Source: an uncultured Gemmatimonadales bacterium (lineage in GTDB: Bacteria; Verrucomicrobiota; Kiritimatiellia; CAXMRT01). From it: a DNA stretch of 64,000 nt. The notes below the pieces were generated by a model. The model did not search any database. It saw only the letters and a program-made list of their open reading frames with translations, and was not told where the DNA came from. A program made the position numbers and the translations under genes. The stretch's first letter is position 1, and the number at the start of each line of letters is the position of its first letter. The stretch is taken from positions 5,233 through 69,232 of the forward strand of contig CAXMRT010000214.1 in the NCBI GenBank assembly GCA_964196025.1, in the 5' to 3' direction. This document shows positions 19,459 to 29,192 of the stretch, piece after piece.

Positions 19459-22230
19459 ATGACATCTTCACCCACAGAGCCTAAAGAAACGCACTCGGAT
19501 CTCCGTGCAAAAAGGCCAGCTCGCGAAGAGCAGGCGTGGCAAGAAATTGGCGTCACCCGTTTCGCGCCCGGCGTACAATCATTTTTCATGGTGAGCTTCC
19601 TACTCCTTCTAGTCACAGTCCCTATCTTTCAATTCATGGTGAGAGATGACGACTACGCACGCCTGAGCGGCGCAAATCAACTGACCACAGAGGCCGCTAC
19701 CGGCACCCACATTTCAGCCATTATATCGGATCTCTCGACGCCTCCTGACTCAAACGGAGTCTACAACGACTTTCTCATGCGACTTCATCTAACCGATGTA
19801 CGCTCAGCCCTCGACCCCGCTCATCCGCGCGAATTACTGCTTGTCACAATGAGCATGCGCAACCGCATGGTCGGCCCCATCGCTCGTGCAAAACCTGGCG
19901 ATAGAATAGATGTGCATATCCAAGACTGGGACGCAGTGGCCAAGACACACAGCAGCATCAATGGGTCCACGCTCGACGAGGACCGCTTTCTCACGATGGA
20001 CGCCTACTACGGGACCGGAATCACAATCGACGGACTCAAGACCCTCCCCAGCGGCAGCGATTTCATGAAGGTGTGGGCCGGTGAAGGCTCCGCTCTGCCT
20101 TCCACCGCTCGTGAAGGAATCGTCTCTGGAATGCGCTCGGCATGGGCATCCGGCAACTCCCCGCTTGATCGTTTTCTTGCGGCCAACAGTCACCTCGCAC
20201 AACGCACGAAGCTGTATGAAGAGGCTCTCGACGATCAGGCCCTACTCAGCCTATCGCTTCGTCCCCCCATCCAAGCACTGCTCACCTCACTAGGCGTTGG
20301 GAACGAGAAGGCGACCGTGGGTCGCAAGCAATGGCTCTTTTTTACTCCCGGCATCCACTCCCTTACCGGACTAGGCTTCCTCGACCCAGCACACCTCAAG
20401 CAGCGCATTCGCAGCGGCGGTAACACCGACACCGCACCGCAACCGGATCCACGCAAGGCGATCGTTCATTTTCGCGACCAACTCGCAGAACGCGGCATCG
20501 AGCTTCTTCTCGTTCCCACGCCGATCAAGCCTAGCATTCATCCAGAATACCTTTCTGGCCGCATGACAGACGTCGACGATCCTGTCCGCAATCGATCCTA
20601 CTCATCGTTCGTCCAGGAACTCAAAAGCCTTGGCGTACACATCTACGACCCTGCCCCGCTCCTCAAAGAAAGGAGCTCGCAGTCAGCGCAATACCTCGCC
20701 ACGGATACGCACTGGCGACCCGACGCGATGACCGCAGTCGCAAAAGAACTCGCGAGCGTTGTGAAGCGCCTAGCTCCCAGTGACGTGTCTGTGGCATGGA
20801 AACAGACTGCGACCTCCCACACTCAACACGGTGACATTGCGACCATGCTCGAGCTCCCCGACTGGCAAGGGACGATCCCAACGGAAACCATCATGACCCA
20901 CTCCGTCACCGATGAGAATGGAGCCCCCTGGCAACCCGATTCAAACGCCGATGTTCTCCTGCTTGGGGATAGCTTCGCTAACATCTATAGTCTTGCAGGC
21001 ATGGGATGGGGGGCACACGGCGGCCTCGGAGAACATCTTTCCTATCACCTGAAACGACCCCTCGACCGACTATCCCGTAACGATGCCGGCGCACACACTT
21101 CCCGTCAGATGCTGGTCGATGCATTGACTCGCGATCCTAGCCGTCTGAACAATAAGCGCGTCGTCATCTGGCAATTCGCGGAGCGCGAGCTCGCCCTCGG
21201 CGATTGGAAAATCCTGCCCCTACCCACTGAGGACATGACACCGCCACCGGTCACCCCGCCCGTCGCCGCATCTACCAACAGCGCCTTCGCGCAAGTGCTT
21301 GCACAGGCTAAAGAGGCCCCGGTAATTCAAGGCGACGATGACTGGTTATTTCTCACCAAGGAACTTCTTCACCTAACCCTTCCACCGTTCTGGGGCGAAC
21401 ACGCGGAGTCGAAGGACAAGGACCCGCTGCACAGTATCGGTGATCTCCACAAAAAGCTGGCCGGCCTGGGCATCGATCTCATACTTCTGCCTGCACCTCC
21501 GCGCTCGGTCATTTATGCGGATAAACTTCTTCCAGAGACGGCCCTGAATCCCAACGGCATTCCGCGCCGAACCGATCCCAACCTTCACGCCTTCTACTCA
21601 GATCTCCGAAAAATGGGCGTCACCGTCATCGACGTGACCGATGCCTTCCTCGCCGCTCGTAAACACGACGACACTCTCGGCCCCGTCAGCTGCAAACAAG
21701 ACTCACACTGGTCGCCGCGCGGACTCAAAATTGCGGCCGATGCCGTTGTCGCCCATATCGGCAAGCCGGCGTGGATGAGTCCCGCCGAAGACCTCGTCAC
21801 CCAAAAACAAGACTCACTCAGCTATGTCGGTGATCTCGTCGCACTGATGCCCGGCCATCTCGAAACCCGCAGCACGACGACGATCACACGCATCACTTCA
21901 GACGCACCAGGCTCTTCACCGCTTGCATTTAATGATGCTAGCCCCGTACTTATCCTTGCCGATAGTCACGGCCTTGTGTTCTCGGCCGGCGCCGATATGC
22001 ACAGCACCTCCGCGGGTTTTGCTGAACATGTTTCGGCTGGCCTCGGTTTCTCCGTGGACCTAATGGCCGCCCGCGGTTCCGGTTCACAAGTCCGGCGATC
22101 CCTCGCGCGACGCTTTATCCGGAACCCTGACCAAGCCGCCCAAAAGCGAGTCCTTATCTATACCTTTGCCGCCCGAACCTTTACCGGCCCAGACGGGTGG
22201 AAAACGGTTCCGCTATCCAAATCTAAATAA
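19459..22230 (+). CDS. Membrane-anchored protein with two tandem AlgJ/AlgX-like (DHHW-type) SGNH domains
   Basis: ATG one nt after the MBOAT stop. N-terminal TM anchor. Two repeated halves each carry a D-x-H-W motif (LATDTHWRPD encoded around 20704-20715; KQDSHWSPRG around 21700-21711) like AlgJ/AlgX/DHHW partners of MBOATs. Confidence 0.6.
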   Translation: MTSSPTEPKETHSDLRAKRPAREEQAWQEIGVTRFAPGVQSFFMVSFLLLLVTVPIFQFMVRDDDYARLSGANQLTTEAATGTHISAIISDLSTPPDSNGVYNDFLMRLHLTDVRSALDPAHPRELLLVTMSMRNRMVGPIARAKPGDRIDVHIQDWDAVAKTHSSINGSTLDEDRFLTMDAYYGTGITIDGLKTLPSGSDFMKVWAGEGSALPSTAREGIVSGMRSAWASGNSPLDRFLAANSHLAQRTKLYEEALDDQALLSLSLRPPIQALLTSLGVGNEKATVGRKQWLFFTPGIHSLTGLGFLDPAHLKQRIRSGGNTDTAPQPDPRKAIVHFRDQLAERGIELLLVPTPIKPSIHPEYLSGRMTDVDDPVRNRSYSSFVQELKSLGVHIYDPAPLLKERSSQSAQYLATDTHWRPDAMTAVAKELASVVKRLAPSDVSVAWKQTATSHTQHGDIATMLELPDWQGTIPTETIMTHSVTDENGAPWQPDSNADVLLLGDSFANIYSLAGMGWGAHGGLGEHLSYHLKRPLDRLSRNDAGAHTSRQMLVDALTRDPSRLNNKRVVIWQFAERELALGDWKILPLPTEDMTPPPVTPPVAASTNSAFAQVLAQAKEAPVIQGDDDWLFLTKELLHLTLPPFWGEHAESKDKDPLHSIGDLHKKLAGLGIDLILLPAPPRSVIYADKLLPETALNPNGIPRRTDPNLHAFYSDLRKMGVTVIDVTDAFLAARKHDDTLGPVSCKQDSHWSPRGLKIAADAVVAHIGKPAWMSPAEDLVTQKQDSLSYVGDLVALMPGHLETRSTTTITRITSDAPGSSPLAFNDASPVLILADSHGLVFSAGADMHSTSAGFAEHVSAGLGFSVDLMAARGSGSQVRRSLARRFIRNPDQAAQKRVLIYTFAARTFTGPDGWKTVPLSKSK

Positions 22231-22232
22231 GG

Positions 22233-22427
22233 AAGACCCTCATCAAGCAATTCAGAACCCTCGCCGCACTGTTCATTTTCTCAGCCGTTTATGCGCTTGC
22301 CGCGGATCGCCCGAACATCATTCTTCTCATGACCGACGATCAGGGCTGGGGTGAAACCGGCTACTACAACCACCCCGTCCTTAAAACGCCCCGAATACGA
22401 GAGCGCGCTGAAGCCCAAGAAGGCTAA
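22233..22427 (+). pseudogene. Sulfatase N-terminal remnant (truncated, no start codon)
   Basis: In-frame translation KTLIKQFRTLAALFIFSAVYALAADRPNIILLMTDDQGWGETGYYNHPVLKTP… shows a signal peptide plus the sulfatase N-terminal metal-binding block. It has no ATG/GTG start and terminates after ~64 codons, before the Cys-x-Pro-x-Arg region. Confidence 0.55.
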
Positions 22428-22482
22428 GTGATAGCCAAGCTTTGGCGCTTCGCCGCCGCAATAAAGACCCACGCCTCTTCGG

Positions 22483-23880
22483 TTATCTCGGCGTCGGAAT
22501 CCTAGCGAGCAATTCGGACACGACCTCTGGGTGAGCATCTGCCACGTTTTCACCCAAGGTGAAGCCTGATTCTAGCGCATACAATTCCGGTCGCACACCC
22601 GACTTCGTCACGATTAGTCGATAGTCCTTACTGCGGATACTCACATCCCCCTTCCAGTAACTCAACGCGGCCTCGCGATACGACGACACCTTACCATCGA
22701 TCAAAGGACGCATCGTTCGCCCATCCAAGGGATATCGAGTCGCAGTGTCGGTCAGTTGACAGTAATCAATCAAGGTCGGATACAGGTCCAAGGTTTCCGC
22801 CAGCGCCGAGGTCGCCTGCGGCTTCGCACCCGGGACACGCACCATCAACACGCTTCGATTCGCTTCTTCCAAACCACTATGCTTGCCCCACAGCTGCCGG
22901 TCGCCCAGAAACCAACCGTGGTCTCCCCAAATCACCACAATCGTATTTTTGTCTAGCTTCAGCCGCTTGAGCTCGTCCAACACCTTGGACACTTGTCGGT
23001 CGACATAACGCACACAGGCCAGATAGGCGCGACGCGAATTCCGGAGCCCGTCTGAACCAAGCGGCCGCGATTTTTCATGCGTCGCGTTATACCCGTAAAA
23101 TTCTCCAGCCCGGTGCGAGTGTCGCGACGCGATCTTCTTCGCGTTCGGGGGGTCCGGAATATCGGCGCCTTCGAAAGCGTCCCAGTCTTGCTTCGGCGCA
23201 ACGAAGGGGAGGTGGGGCTTATAAAATCCGAGCCCAATAAAAAATCGTTCGCCTTTCCACTTCTTTAGCTGCTCAATGGCAGTTTCAGCCATGAGCCCAT
23301 CGGGCAAATCGGTGTCCGCCTCGACGGTGAACTGCATTAGATCCCTGTGTCCTTGCCCGTCTTCTCGATGTTCACCACCGGCATACGCAAAGAACGTTCC
23401 CCACCCTCTTTTCCACGCCCCAAAAGGTGTCGGCAACTCATCCCACGCATGTGGTAATTCTTCGTGACCATCGCCTTTTCCGTTGTAAGCAAACACACGC
23501 CCATCTGGTGAATGAGAAATCTTGCCGATACACGCCGTTTTATATCCGTTACGCCGAAACAACTCAGGCATCGTCTGGGCCGCCCCTTGGAAGTCCGCCT
23601 CCAGCAACTTACTCGCGCCGTTTCCCGAACCGCCGCTGTGGAACGGACTGCGCCCGGTTAGCAGAGCGAATCGGGAGGCACCACAAGTCGGCACCTGAAC
23701 ATAGTGTCGATCAAACACAATCGCCGAGTCCGCGAAACGATCCAGATTCGGAGTCTGTGCAGCTTCTACCCCGTAACATCCCAGCTCGGGCCGCAAGTCA
23801 TCAATGGCGATGAACAATACGTTATACGCATTCTCGGCAGTTGAGAGCCCTCTCCCACCAACCAAGAAGCCAAGGATCAA
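22483..23880 (-). CDS. S1-family sulfatase (Cys-type)
   Basis: FIAIDDLRPELGCYG metal-binding block and formylglycine motif variant CGASR (VPTCGASRFALLTGR). The start appears to be TTG at 23880, immediately after the stop of the upstream gene, and the signal peptide is weak. Confidence 0.75.
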   Translation of the reverse strand: MILGFLVGGRGLSTAENAYNVLFIAIDDLRPELGCYGVEAAQTPNLDRFADSAIVFDRHYVQVPTCGASRFALLTGRSPFHSGGSGNGASKLLEADFQGAAQTMPELFRRNGYKTACIGKISHSPDGRVFAYNGKGDGHEELPHAWDELPTPFGAWKRGWGTFFAYAGGEHREDGQGHRDLMQFTVEADTDLPDGLMAETAIEQLKKWKGERFFIGLGFYKPHLPFVAPKQDWDAFEGADIPDPPNAKKIASRHSHRAGEFYGYNATHEKSRPLGSDGLRNSRRAYLACVRYVDRQVSKVLDELKRLKLDKNTIVVIWGDHGWFLGDRQLWGKHSGLEEANRSVLMVRVPGAKPQATSALAETLDLYPTLIDYCQLTDTATRYPLDGRTMRPLIDGKVSSYREAALSYWKGDVSIRSKDYRLIVTKSGVRPELYALESGFTLGENVADAHPEVVSELLARIPTPR

Positions 23881-23910
23881 CAGGACGCTATAGAGGCCGC
23901 GACTTATAGC

Positions 23911-24726
23911 CTATTTCCCGAGCTTCATCTCAAGCGGTTGAACCCAGATGTTGCGGAATTTATTTGGGTTACCATGCGCCTGCAGCCGGATAGACCCTGT
24001 CGGACCATGCGCTTGATAAGACGCGGGCTTGCGATAGTGACTCGTGCCCTTGATCTCGTAGTTGTCATGGATCATGACGCCATTCAGATAAGCGGTGAGG
24101 TAGGCAGGGCTCTTCAGCTCTGTCCCCTCCCACACGGGCGCCTTGAAATGAAGATCATACGAGTTCCATTCACCGGGTTTTTTGCAGGCGTTGACCAAAG
24201 GAGGCCGCTGACCATAGATCGCACCCGTCATGCCGTCCGGATAGGTGCGGTTGGCCCAACAGTTCAAGACCTGGATCTCGTACTTTCCAAAAAAGAAAAC
24301 GCCGCTGTTACCTTGCTTCTGTCCCCACCCTTTTCGACCCAGTGGCGCCATCCACTCCACATGCAGCATGATGTCACCGAAGGTGTCGGTCGAGACCTGA
24401 CTCCCTTTTGCGACGGTCATTGATCCGTCGTCGCCGAGCGTCCACTTCTTATTCGTCCACTTGTCGAGATTCTTGCCATCGAACAACACGGTCGCGCCTT
24501 TCGGGGCGGCCACCGGTTTACCGTCATATTTCGGTTCTGCCACTTCTGGCTGCGGTCGATTCGGATCATGCACATGCCACTCGTCGTCCGGTGCAGGCTG
24601 TTTAGCTGTATCCGTAAACCCGCCCAAGCTCTCCTGTGCAGGATTCCGCACATTCTTCTCGGTAACCTCATAGCCCATCGCTGCCGAGCCGATCAACATT
24701 CCGCCTAGAATCCACTCCACCTTCAT
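23911..24726 (-). CDS. DUF1080 (3-keto-disaccharide hydrolase-like, LamG fold) secreted protein
   Basis: Signal peptide plus typical DUF1080 blocks (DGKNLDKWT…, …GSIRLQAHGNPNKFRNIWV). Confidence 0.7.
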   Translation of the reverse strand: MKVEWILGGMLIGSAAMGYEVTEKNVRNPAQESLGGFTDTAKQPAPDDEWHVHDPNRPQPEVAEPKYDGKPVAAPKGATVLFDGKNLDKWTNKKWTLGDDGSMTVAKGSQVSTDTFGDIMLHVEWMAPLGRKGWGQKQGNSGVFFFGKYEIQVLNCWANRTYPDGMTGAIYGQRPPLVNACKKPGEWNSYDLHFKAPVWEGTELKSPAYLTAYLNGVMIHDNYEIKGTSHYRKPASYQAHGPTGSIRLQAHGNPNKFRNIWVQPLEMKLGK

Positions 24727-25050
24727 ACTCTCTCCTTCAGGTTATAGTCAAAAATGGTGATCGGGCCCAAAATCGAGTATCCACATGCCGATCGCTCAGA
24801 CAATTATTCATATTTCGGCAGTTCTGCCAATGATCGAAACCAAAATAAACGGGCTCTACTCTTAATGAGTCGGAAAATATCCAGAAAATCCTGCCTCGCC
24901 TCACAGCTCTAGACCGAAACGTACAGAGTCACGTTGAAGTAAATACGTAAGTTGGGCCAGCGTATGACTGATTCACGAAAGTGTTTGCCAATCCCGCACA
25001 CATCCGATACATAGAGGCCTGAACACTTTATCTAACACAGGAGAATACCT

Positions 25051-25332
25051 ATGGCATCAGCAAGTGCACGTCACATTCTAGTCGATAACGAGGCTCTCTG
25101 CCTCGAACTCAAAACCCGAATCGAAGGCGGCGAAGACTTTGCTGCCGTTGCCTCCGAACACTCCTCCTGCCCCTCCGGCAGCGATGGCGGAAACCTCGGG
25201 ACGTTCAGCCCCGGACAAATGGTTAAAGAGTTTGACGAAGTCGTTTTCTCCGGTGACCTCGGTACCGTCCACGGACCCGTCGTCACACAATTCGGCTACC
25301 ACCTATTGGAAATCCAAAGCCGCACCCCATAA
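25051..25332 (+). CDS. ppiC: Parvulin-type peptidyl-prolyl isomerase (PpiC/Par10-like)
   Basis: 93-aa protein of the same size as E. coli Par10, with an architecture-wide match (HILV…C…SC…GGNLG…FGYHLLE). Confidence 0.8.
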   Translation: MASASARHILVDNEALCLELKTRIEGGEDFAAVASEHSSCPSGSDGGNLGTFSPGQMVKEFDEVVFSGDLGTVHGPVVTQFGYHLLEIQSRTP

Positions 25333-25379
25333 GGCTCCACGCACGAACTGACTCCGCATCCAACCGGCGGCGTCACCGG

Positions 25380-25420
25380 CCGCCCGTTCCAATCCGCGAA
25401 CGGGTGGCTCTTTCTCTTAT
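25380..25420 (+). terminator. Putative intrinsic terminator downstream of ppiC
   Basis: Stem CCGCCCGTTC / GAACGGGTGG (one mismatch) with an 8-nt loop, followed by a pyrimidine/T-rich stretch CTCTTTCTCTTAT. Confidence 0.35.
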
Positions 25421-25553
25421 CCCCGCCACCTAGACCATAAAGTCGGTTTGTCGGGCAGGAGACGCGCCGAGTATTGAGGCGCGCAAAATATCGCAGACTG
25501 TCGAATTCCGGCTCAAAACCCCTCTGCCACGGGTCTGCCCCCCTCAAATCGCT

Positions 25554-25582
25554 TGACCCCTCACGCCCCATGGGTCATTATC
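25554..25582 (+). promoter_or_regulatory. Candidate sigma70-like promoter for fbaA
   Basis: TTGACC (25554-25559), 17-nt spacer, CATTAT (25577-25582), about 100 nt upstream of the fbaA start. Pattern match only. Confidence 0.3.
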
Positions 25583-25687
25583 CATGCCCGAAGTAAAACG
25601 TCGAAACCGCTCTTCTGAATAACGACGAAGAGTGGAGCGCGGCATGGGTCGCTGCTCAAACTCACTAAAAACAAAGAAGGAAATGGC

Positions 25688-26722
25688 ATGCCAATAGCTG
25701 ACTACAACACCTACTGCAAGATGATTGATTCCGCACAAAAAGGCGACTACGCCTACCCCGCGATCAACGTCTCCTCTATGTCCACCGCCAACGCTGCGCT
25801 CAAGGGATTCGCAGATAAAAAGAGCGATGGCATCATTCAAGTCTCCACCGGTGGTGGTCAGTTCGCATCAGGACTCAATGTGTCCGATATGGTCATGGGC
25901 GCTATCTCCATTGCAGAACACGTACATCGCATGGCTGAAAAATACGATGTCCACATCGCGCTGCACACCGATCATTGTCAGCCGGGCAAAGTCGACAGCT
26001 TCCTGATCCCTTTGATCGAAGAAACCGAACGCCGCCGCGCCGCCGGACAGGCAAACCTCTTTAACAGCCATATGCTCGACGCCAGTGAGCTCCCGCTGAA
26101 CGAAAACATGGACCTCTCCGTTCCACTGCTCGAACGTTGCGCGAAATGTGAAATCATCCTCGAAGTCGAAGCCGGCGTTGTGGGTGGTGAAGAAGACGGC
26201 GTGGATAACGAACATCTTCCCGCTGAAAAACTTTACACCACACCTGAAGACATGGTGGAAGTCGCACGTCGCCTCGGCAGCGTAGAAGGCGGTCGCTACA
26301 TGTTCGCCGCTACCTTCGGCAATGTTCACGGCGTCTACAAGCCTGGTAACGTGAAACTCACGCCTACCATCCTCAAGGACGGTCAGGCCGCTGTGGTCAA
26401 GGAATTCGGCGAAGACGCCTACTTCGACCTCGTCTTTCATGGCGGATCCGGCTCCTCGAAAGAAGAAATTGAAGAAACACTCGGCTATGGCGTGATCAAG
26501 ATGAACGTCGATACTGACACGCAGTACGCCTTCACTCGCCCAATCGTGGAACACATGATGAAGAACTACGACGGCGTGCTTAAGATTGAAGGCGAAGTCG
26601 GCAACAAGAAGGTCTATGACCCTCGCTCCTACCTCAAGGCTGGAGAAACCGGAATGGCCAATCGCATCGGCGAAGCCTGCGATGACTTGAAGAGCTCCGG
26701 CAAGACACTCTTCGGCTCATAA
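25688..26722 (+). CDS. fbaA: Class II fructose-1,6-bisphosphate aldolase
   Basis: Strong block-wise identity to enterobacterial FbaA (HTDHC, LEVEAGVVGGEEDGVDN, FGNVHGVYKPGNVKLTPTIL, FHGGSGS, IKMNVDTDTQ). RBS AAGGAA. Confidence 0.9.
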   Translation: MPIADYNTYCKMIDSAQKGDYAYPAINVSSMSTANAALKGFADKKSDGIIQVSTGGGQFASGLNVSDMVMGAISIAEHVHRMAEKYDVHIALHTDHCQPGKVDSFLIPLIEETERRRAAGQANLFNSHMLDASELPLNENMDLSVPLLERCAKCEIILEVEAGVVGGEEDGVDNEHLPAEKLYTTPEDMVEVARRLGSVEGGRYMFAATFGNVHGVYKPGNVKLTPTILKDGQAAVVKEFGEDAYFDLVFHGGSGSSKEEIEETLGYGVIKMNVDTDTQYAFTRPIVEHMMKNYDGVLKIEGEVGNKKVYDPRSYLKAGETGMANRIGEACDDLKSSGKTLFGS

Positions 26723-26748
26723 GCAACCCGTAAGGGTCCGAGTAAAAA

Positions 26749-26778
26749 GGCGATGCCCTCAGGGCGTCGCCTTTTTTT
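26749..26778 (+). terminator. Rho-independent terminator of fbaA
   Basis: 10-bp GC-rich stem GGCGATGCCC / GGGCGTCGCC (one G·U), 3-nt loop, followed by TTTTTTT. Confidence 0.65.
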
Positions 26779-26909
26779 ATCCCCTTACCCAGTCCGGCTA
26801 TTCTATCACCCTTCGTGGCGAGGCGACAACGGGTGTCGCCAACGCGGCGCTTTTCAGCGACGCGTTCTGGCAGCGGGATTTTGATGTACTCTTCGGGCTG
26901 GAACGCCCG

Positions 26910-27563
26910 CTACTTCTGTTCGCCAAAAGTCGGCTTGGGACCGGCCTGTTTTCGGTACGTGTTCTGGCCTTCACGCAACTCATCTGGATTCACTACGTGG
27001 AACTCGCGCAATTTCTCGAAGCCATCCACATACATCATCAAACGATTGGTCCTCACGTTATACCACCAGTGCGTCTCTACCCCACTGACATGCGCGTACC
27101 CCTTCCACCGGTCGTCTGCTGACCAGCCGGGATAGAACGCAATTCTCCCCGCATCCGGTCCCTCAAATACACCATAGATCGCATCGGCCGGAATGTCGGA
27201 CTGCAGAACAATTCGTCCCTGAAGGACGTCCTCATCACGCGGCGGTCGCCCACCACGCTCCTTCGCATCCGCACGCAAAACCGCTTCGCTGACCACGTGG
27301 ACATCACGCTTGGTCACATTCATCCCCCGGCCTGCCGTGAGCGGAGTTAAAGGGGGGGCCAGAGTCAAAGGCGCATCGTCCATCGCCTGCAGGTCACTCG
27401 ACTTGAGATCCAGTTTCTGGACCAACGCACTGGCCTTTAGCAGTAACACAAAAAACACCAGTAAAATGGCCACTCTAGAGACACGGCTGCTTAGAAAACG
27501 GACCACCGGGTTGCGACGCCCATCCGCGCGGCGCTCTTCTCTACGTGTGGGTCTCTCTGTCAT
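26910..27563 (-). CDS. Hypothetical membrane-anchored protein
   Basis: 217-aa ORF with an Arg-rich N-terminus, one TM helix (VAILLVFFVLLL) and a periplasmic domain. No family recognised. Confidence 0.4.
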   Translation of the reverse strand: MTERPTRREERRADGRRNPVVRFLSSRVSRVAILLVFFVLLLKASALVQKLDLKSSDLQAMDDAPLTLAPPLTPLTAGRGMNVTKRDVHVVSEAVLRADAKERGGRPPRDEDVLQGRIVLQSDIPADAIYGVFEGPDAGRIAFYPGWSADDRWKGYAHVSGVETHWWYNVRTNRLMMYVDGFEKLREFHVVNPDELREGQNTYRKQAGPKPTFGEQK

Positions 27564-27687
27564 GACACATAACCTAACAAATCAGCCCTCACCCAGCAAT
27601 CCTTCACGAGGGGCCGTCGGTTTGGGGCAAAAAAAGAACGCCCTCTCCAACGGAGAGAGCGTTCATCAAAACTCGTGAACGTGATGC

Positions 27688-29028
27688 TCAGACCACCTTG
27701 GTTACACCCGGTGTTGGAATCGGGTAACGCCCATTCTCGTCTGGATTAGTCGGTGTCTCAGCATCCCAGGTATACGCCTTTGGAGCCAAGCTGATGTTCG
27801 AGCCGATCGCATCTTTCCATTCGATGGCTTGTCCAGAATAACACACCATACGACCCAAAATTGCGGTCATCGTGCTCTTCGCGCCATACTCGGCTTCCAT
27901 CGGCTTGTTGCCCTTATCAAGCTCGGCAATGAGGTCATACCATTCCTGCTGATGACCGCCTTGACGCATGCTACGTGGTGCCATCCAATTAGTGTCACCG
28001 GTAATCTGCGAGCGGCTGATATTGCAGTCACCCTTTGATCCGTGCGCGTGCTCAGAAACGTTGTTCGTACAGTTGCGGATATGGCGACACTGACTATACA
28101 TCCGTGTTCCATCCTTATACTCATACTGCACCGCGAAATGGTCGAAGATCTCGCCATTATCGATGCCGTCGCGTACCTGGCGGCCGCCCATACCTTCTGC
28201 GCGAACAGGGAAATCATCCTTCAACCAGTTGATCACATCCAGGTTATGAATGTGCTGCTCGAGGATATGATCCCCGCAGAGCCAGTTGAAGTAATACCAG
28301 TTACGCATCTGGTATTCCATTTCGGTCTTAGGTTGGTACTCCTCGCGAGTCCGAGTCCACACGCCACCGCTGTTCCAGTAAGCGCGGAAATAGAGCATGT
28401 CGCCAATCGCGCCATCGCGCAAACGTGAGATCGTTTCTTTATATTGGTTCTCATGATGCCGCTGAAGACCCACCGCAATCGCGGTTCCGTTCTTCTTCGC
28501 AATTTCTGCAGAGGCGAGGACGGAACGCACACCGGGCGCATCAACCGCAACCGGCTTCTCCATGAAGACATCTTTCTTTGCCTTCACGGCGTAATCCAAA
28601 TGGATAGGACGGAAACCCGGAGGGGTCGTCAGAATCACCAAATCAACACCGCTATCAATCGCGTTTTTGTAGGCGTCGAAACCAGTAAACTTGTGGTCCT
28701 CATCAACCTTAAACTGATCAGGGAACTTCTTGGTCAAGGTCGCGCAGGCTTTATCCAGCCGGTCGCGAAATGCATCTGCAACCGCAACGATTTTGACAGA
28801 CTTCTTAACCGTCATCGCCTGTGCCGCTGCACCTGTTCCACGTCCGCCACACCCAATCAAGGCAATCCGAAGCACATCACTCGATGCCGCATGCACGGCA
28901 GGAGCCGCCAATTGTGAAAGCACACTTGCGCCCGCAACGGCTGCGCCAGTGGTTCCAATAAAGTTCCGACGGTTCAGTCCGTCCTTTTTATTCGGTGCTG
29001 ATTTTTGTTCCATTTTCAGGCTCTCCAT
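27688..29028 (-). CDS. Gfo/Idh/MocA-family NAD-binding oxidoreductase with Tat signal
   Basis: Twin-arginine motif (RRNFIGTTGAAVAGASV…AVHA) and Rossmann GxGxxG (IGCGGRGTGAA). Typical of PVC glycoside-oxidising oxidoreductases. Confidence 0.8.
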   Translation of the reverse strand: MESLKMEQKSAPNKKDGLNRRNFIGTTGAAVAGASVLSQLAAPAVHAASSDVLRIALIGCGGRGTGAAAQAMTVKKSVKIVAVADAFRDRLDKACATLTKKFPDQFKVDEDHKFTGFDAYKNAIDSGVDLVILTTPPGFRPIHLDYAVKAKKDVFMEKPVAVDAPGVRSVLASAEIAKKNGTAIAVGLQRHHENQYKETISRLRDGAIGDMLYFRAYWNSGGVWTRTREEYQPKTEMEYQMRNWYYFNWLCGDHILEQHIHNLDVINWLKDDFPVRAEGMGGRQVRDGIDNGEIFDHFAVQYEYKDGTRMYSQCRHIRNCTNNVSEHAHGSKGDCNISRSQITGDTNWMAPRSMRQGGHQQEWYDLIAELDKGNKPMEAEYGAKSTMTAILGRMVCYSGQAIEWKDAIGSNISLAPKAYTWDAETPTNPDENGRYPIPTPGVTKVV

Positions 29029-29192
29029 AAAGGTGATTTTTAATCAAACGTTCTTTAACTATACGCCTCTCACTAACGAATCTGAACAGGTTTTTGATAA
29101 AAAGACAGAAAAGGGTCCGTCGGACCCCTAAATTCATTCCATTTTCGACACAATGCACGTTATAGTGGCACTCAGGCTTAAACGACTTACTT

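Noticed and set aside
25868-26554. 228-aa minus-strand ORF antisense to fbaA
   Set aside because: fbaA identity is unambiguous. The antisense ORF has no recognisable features.
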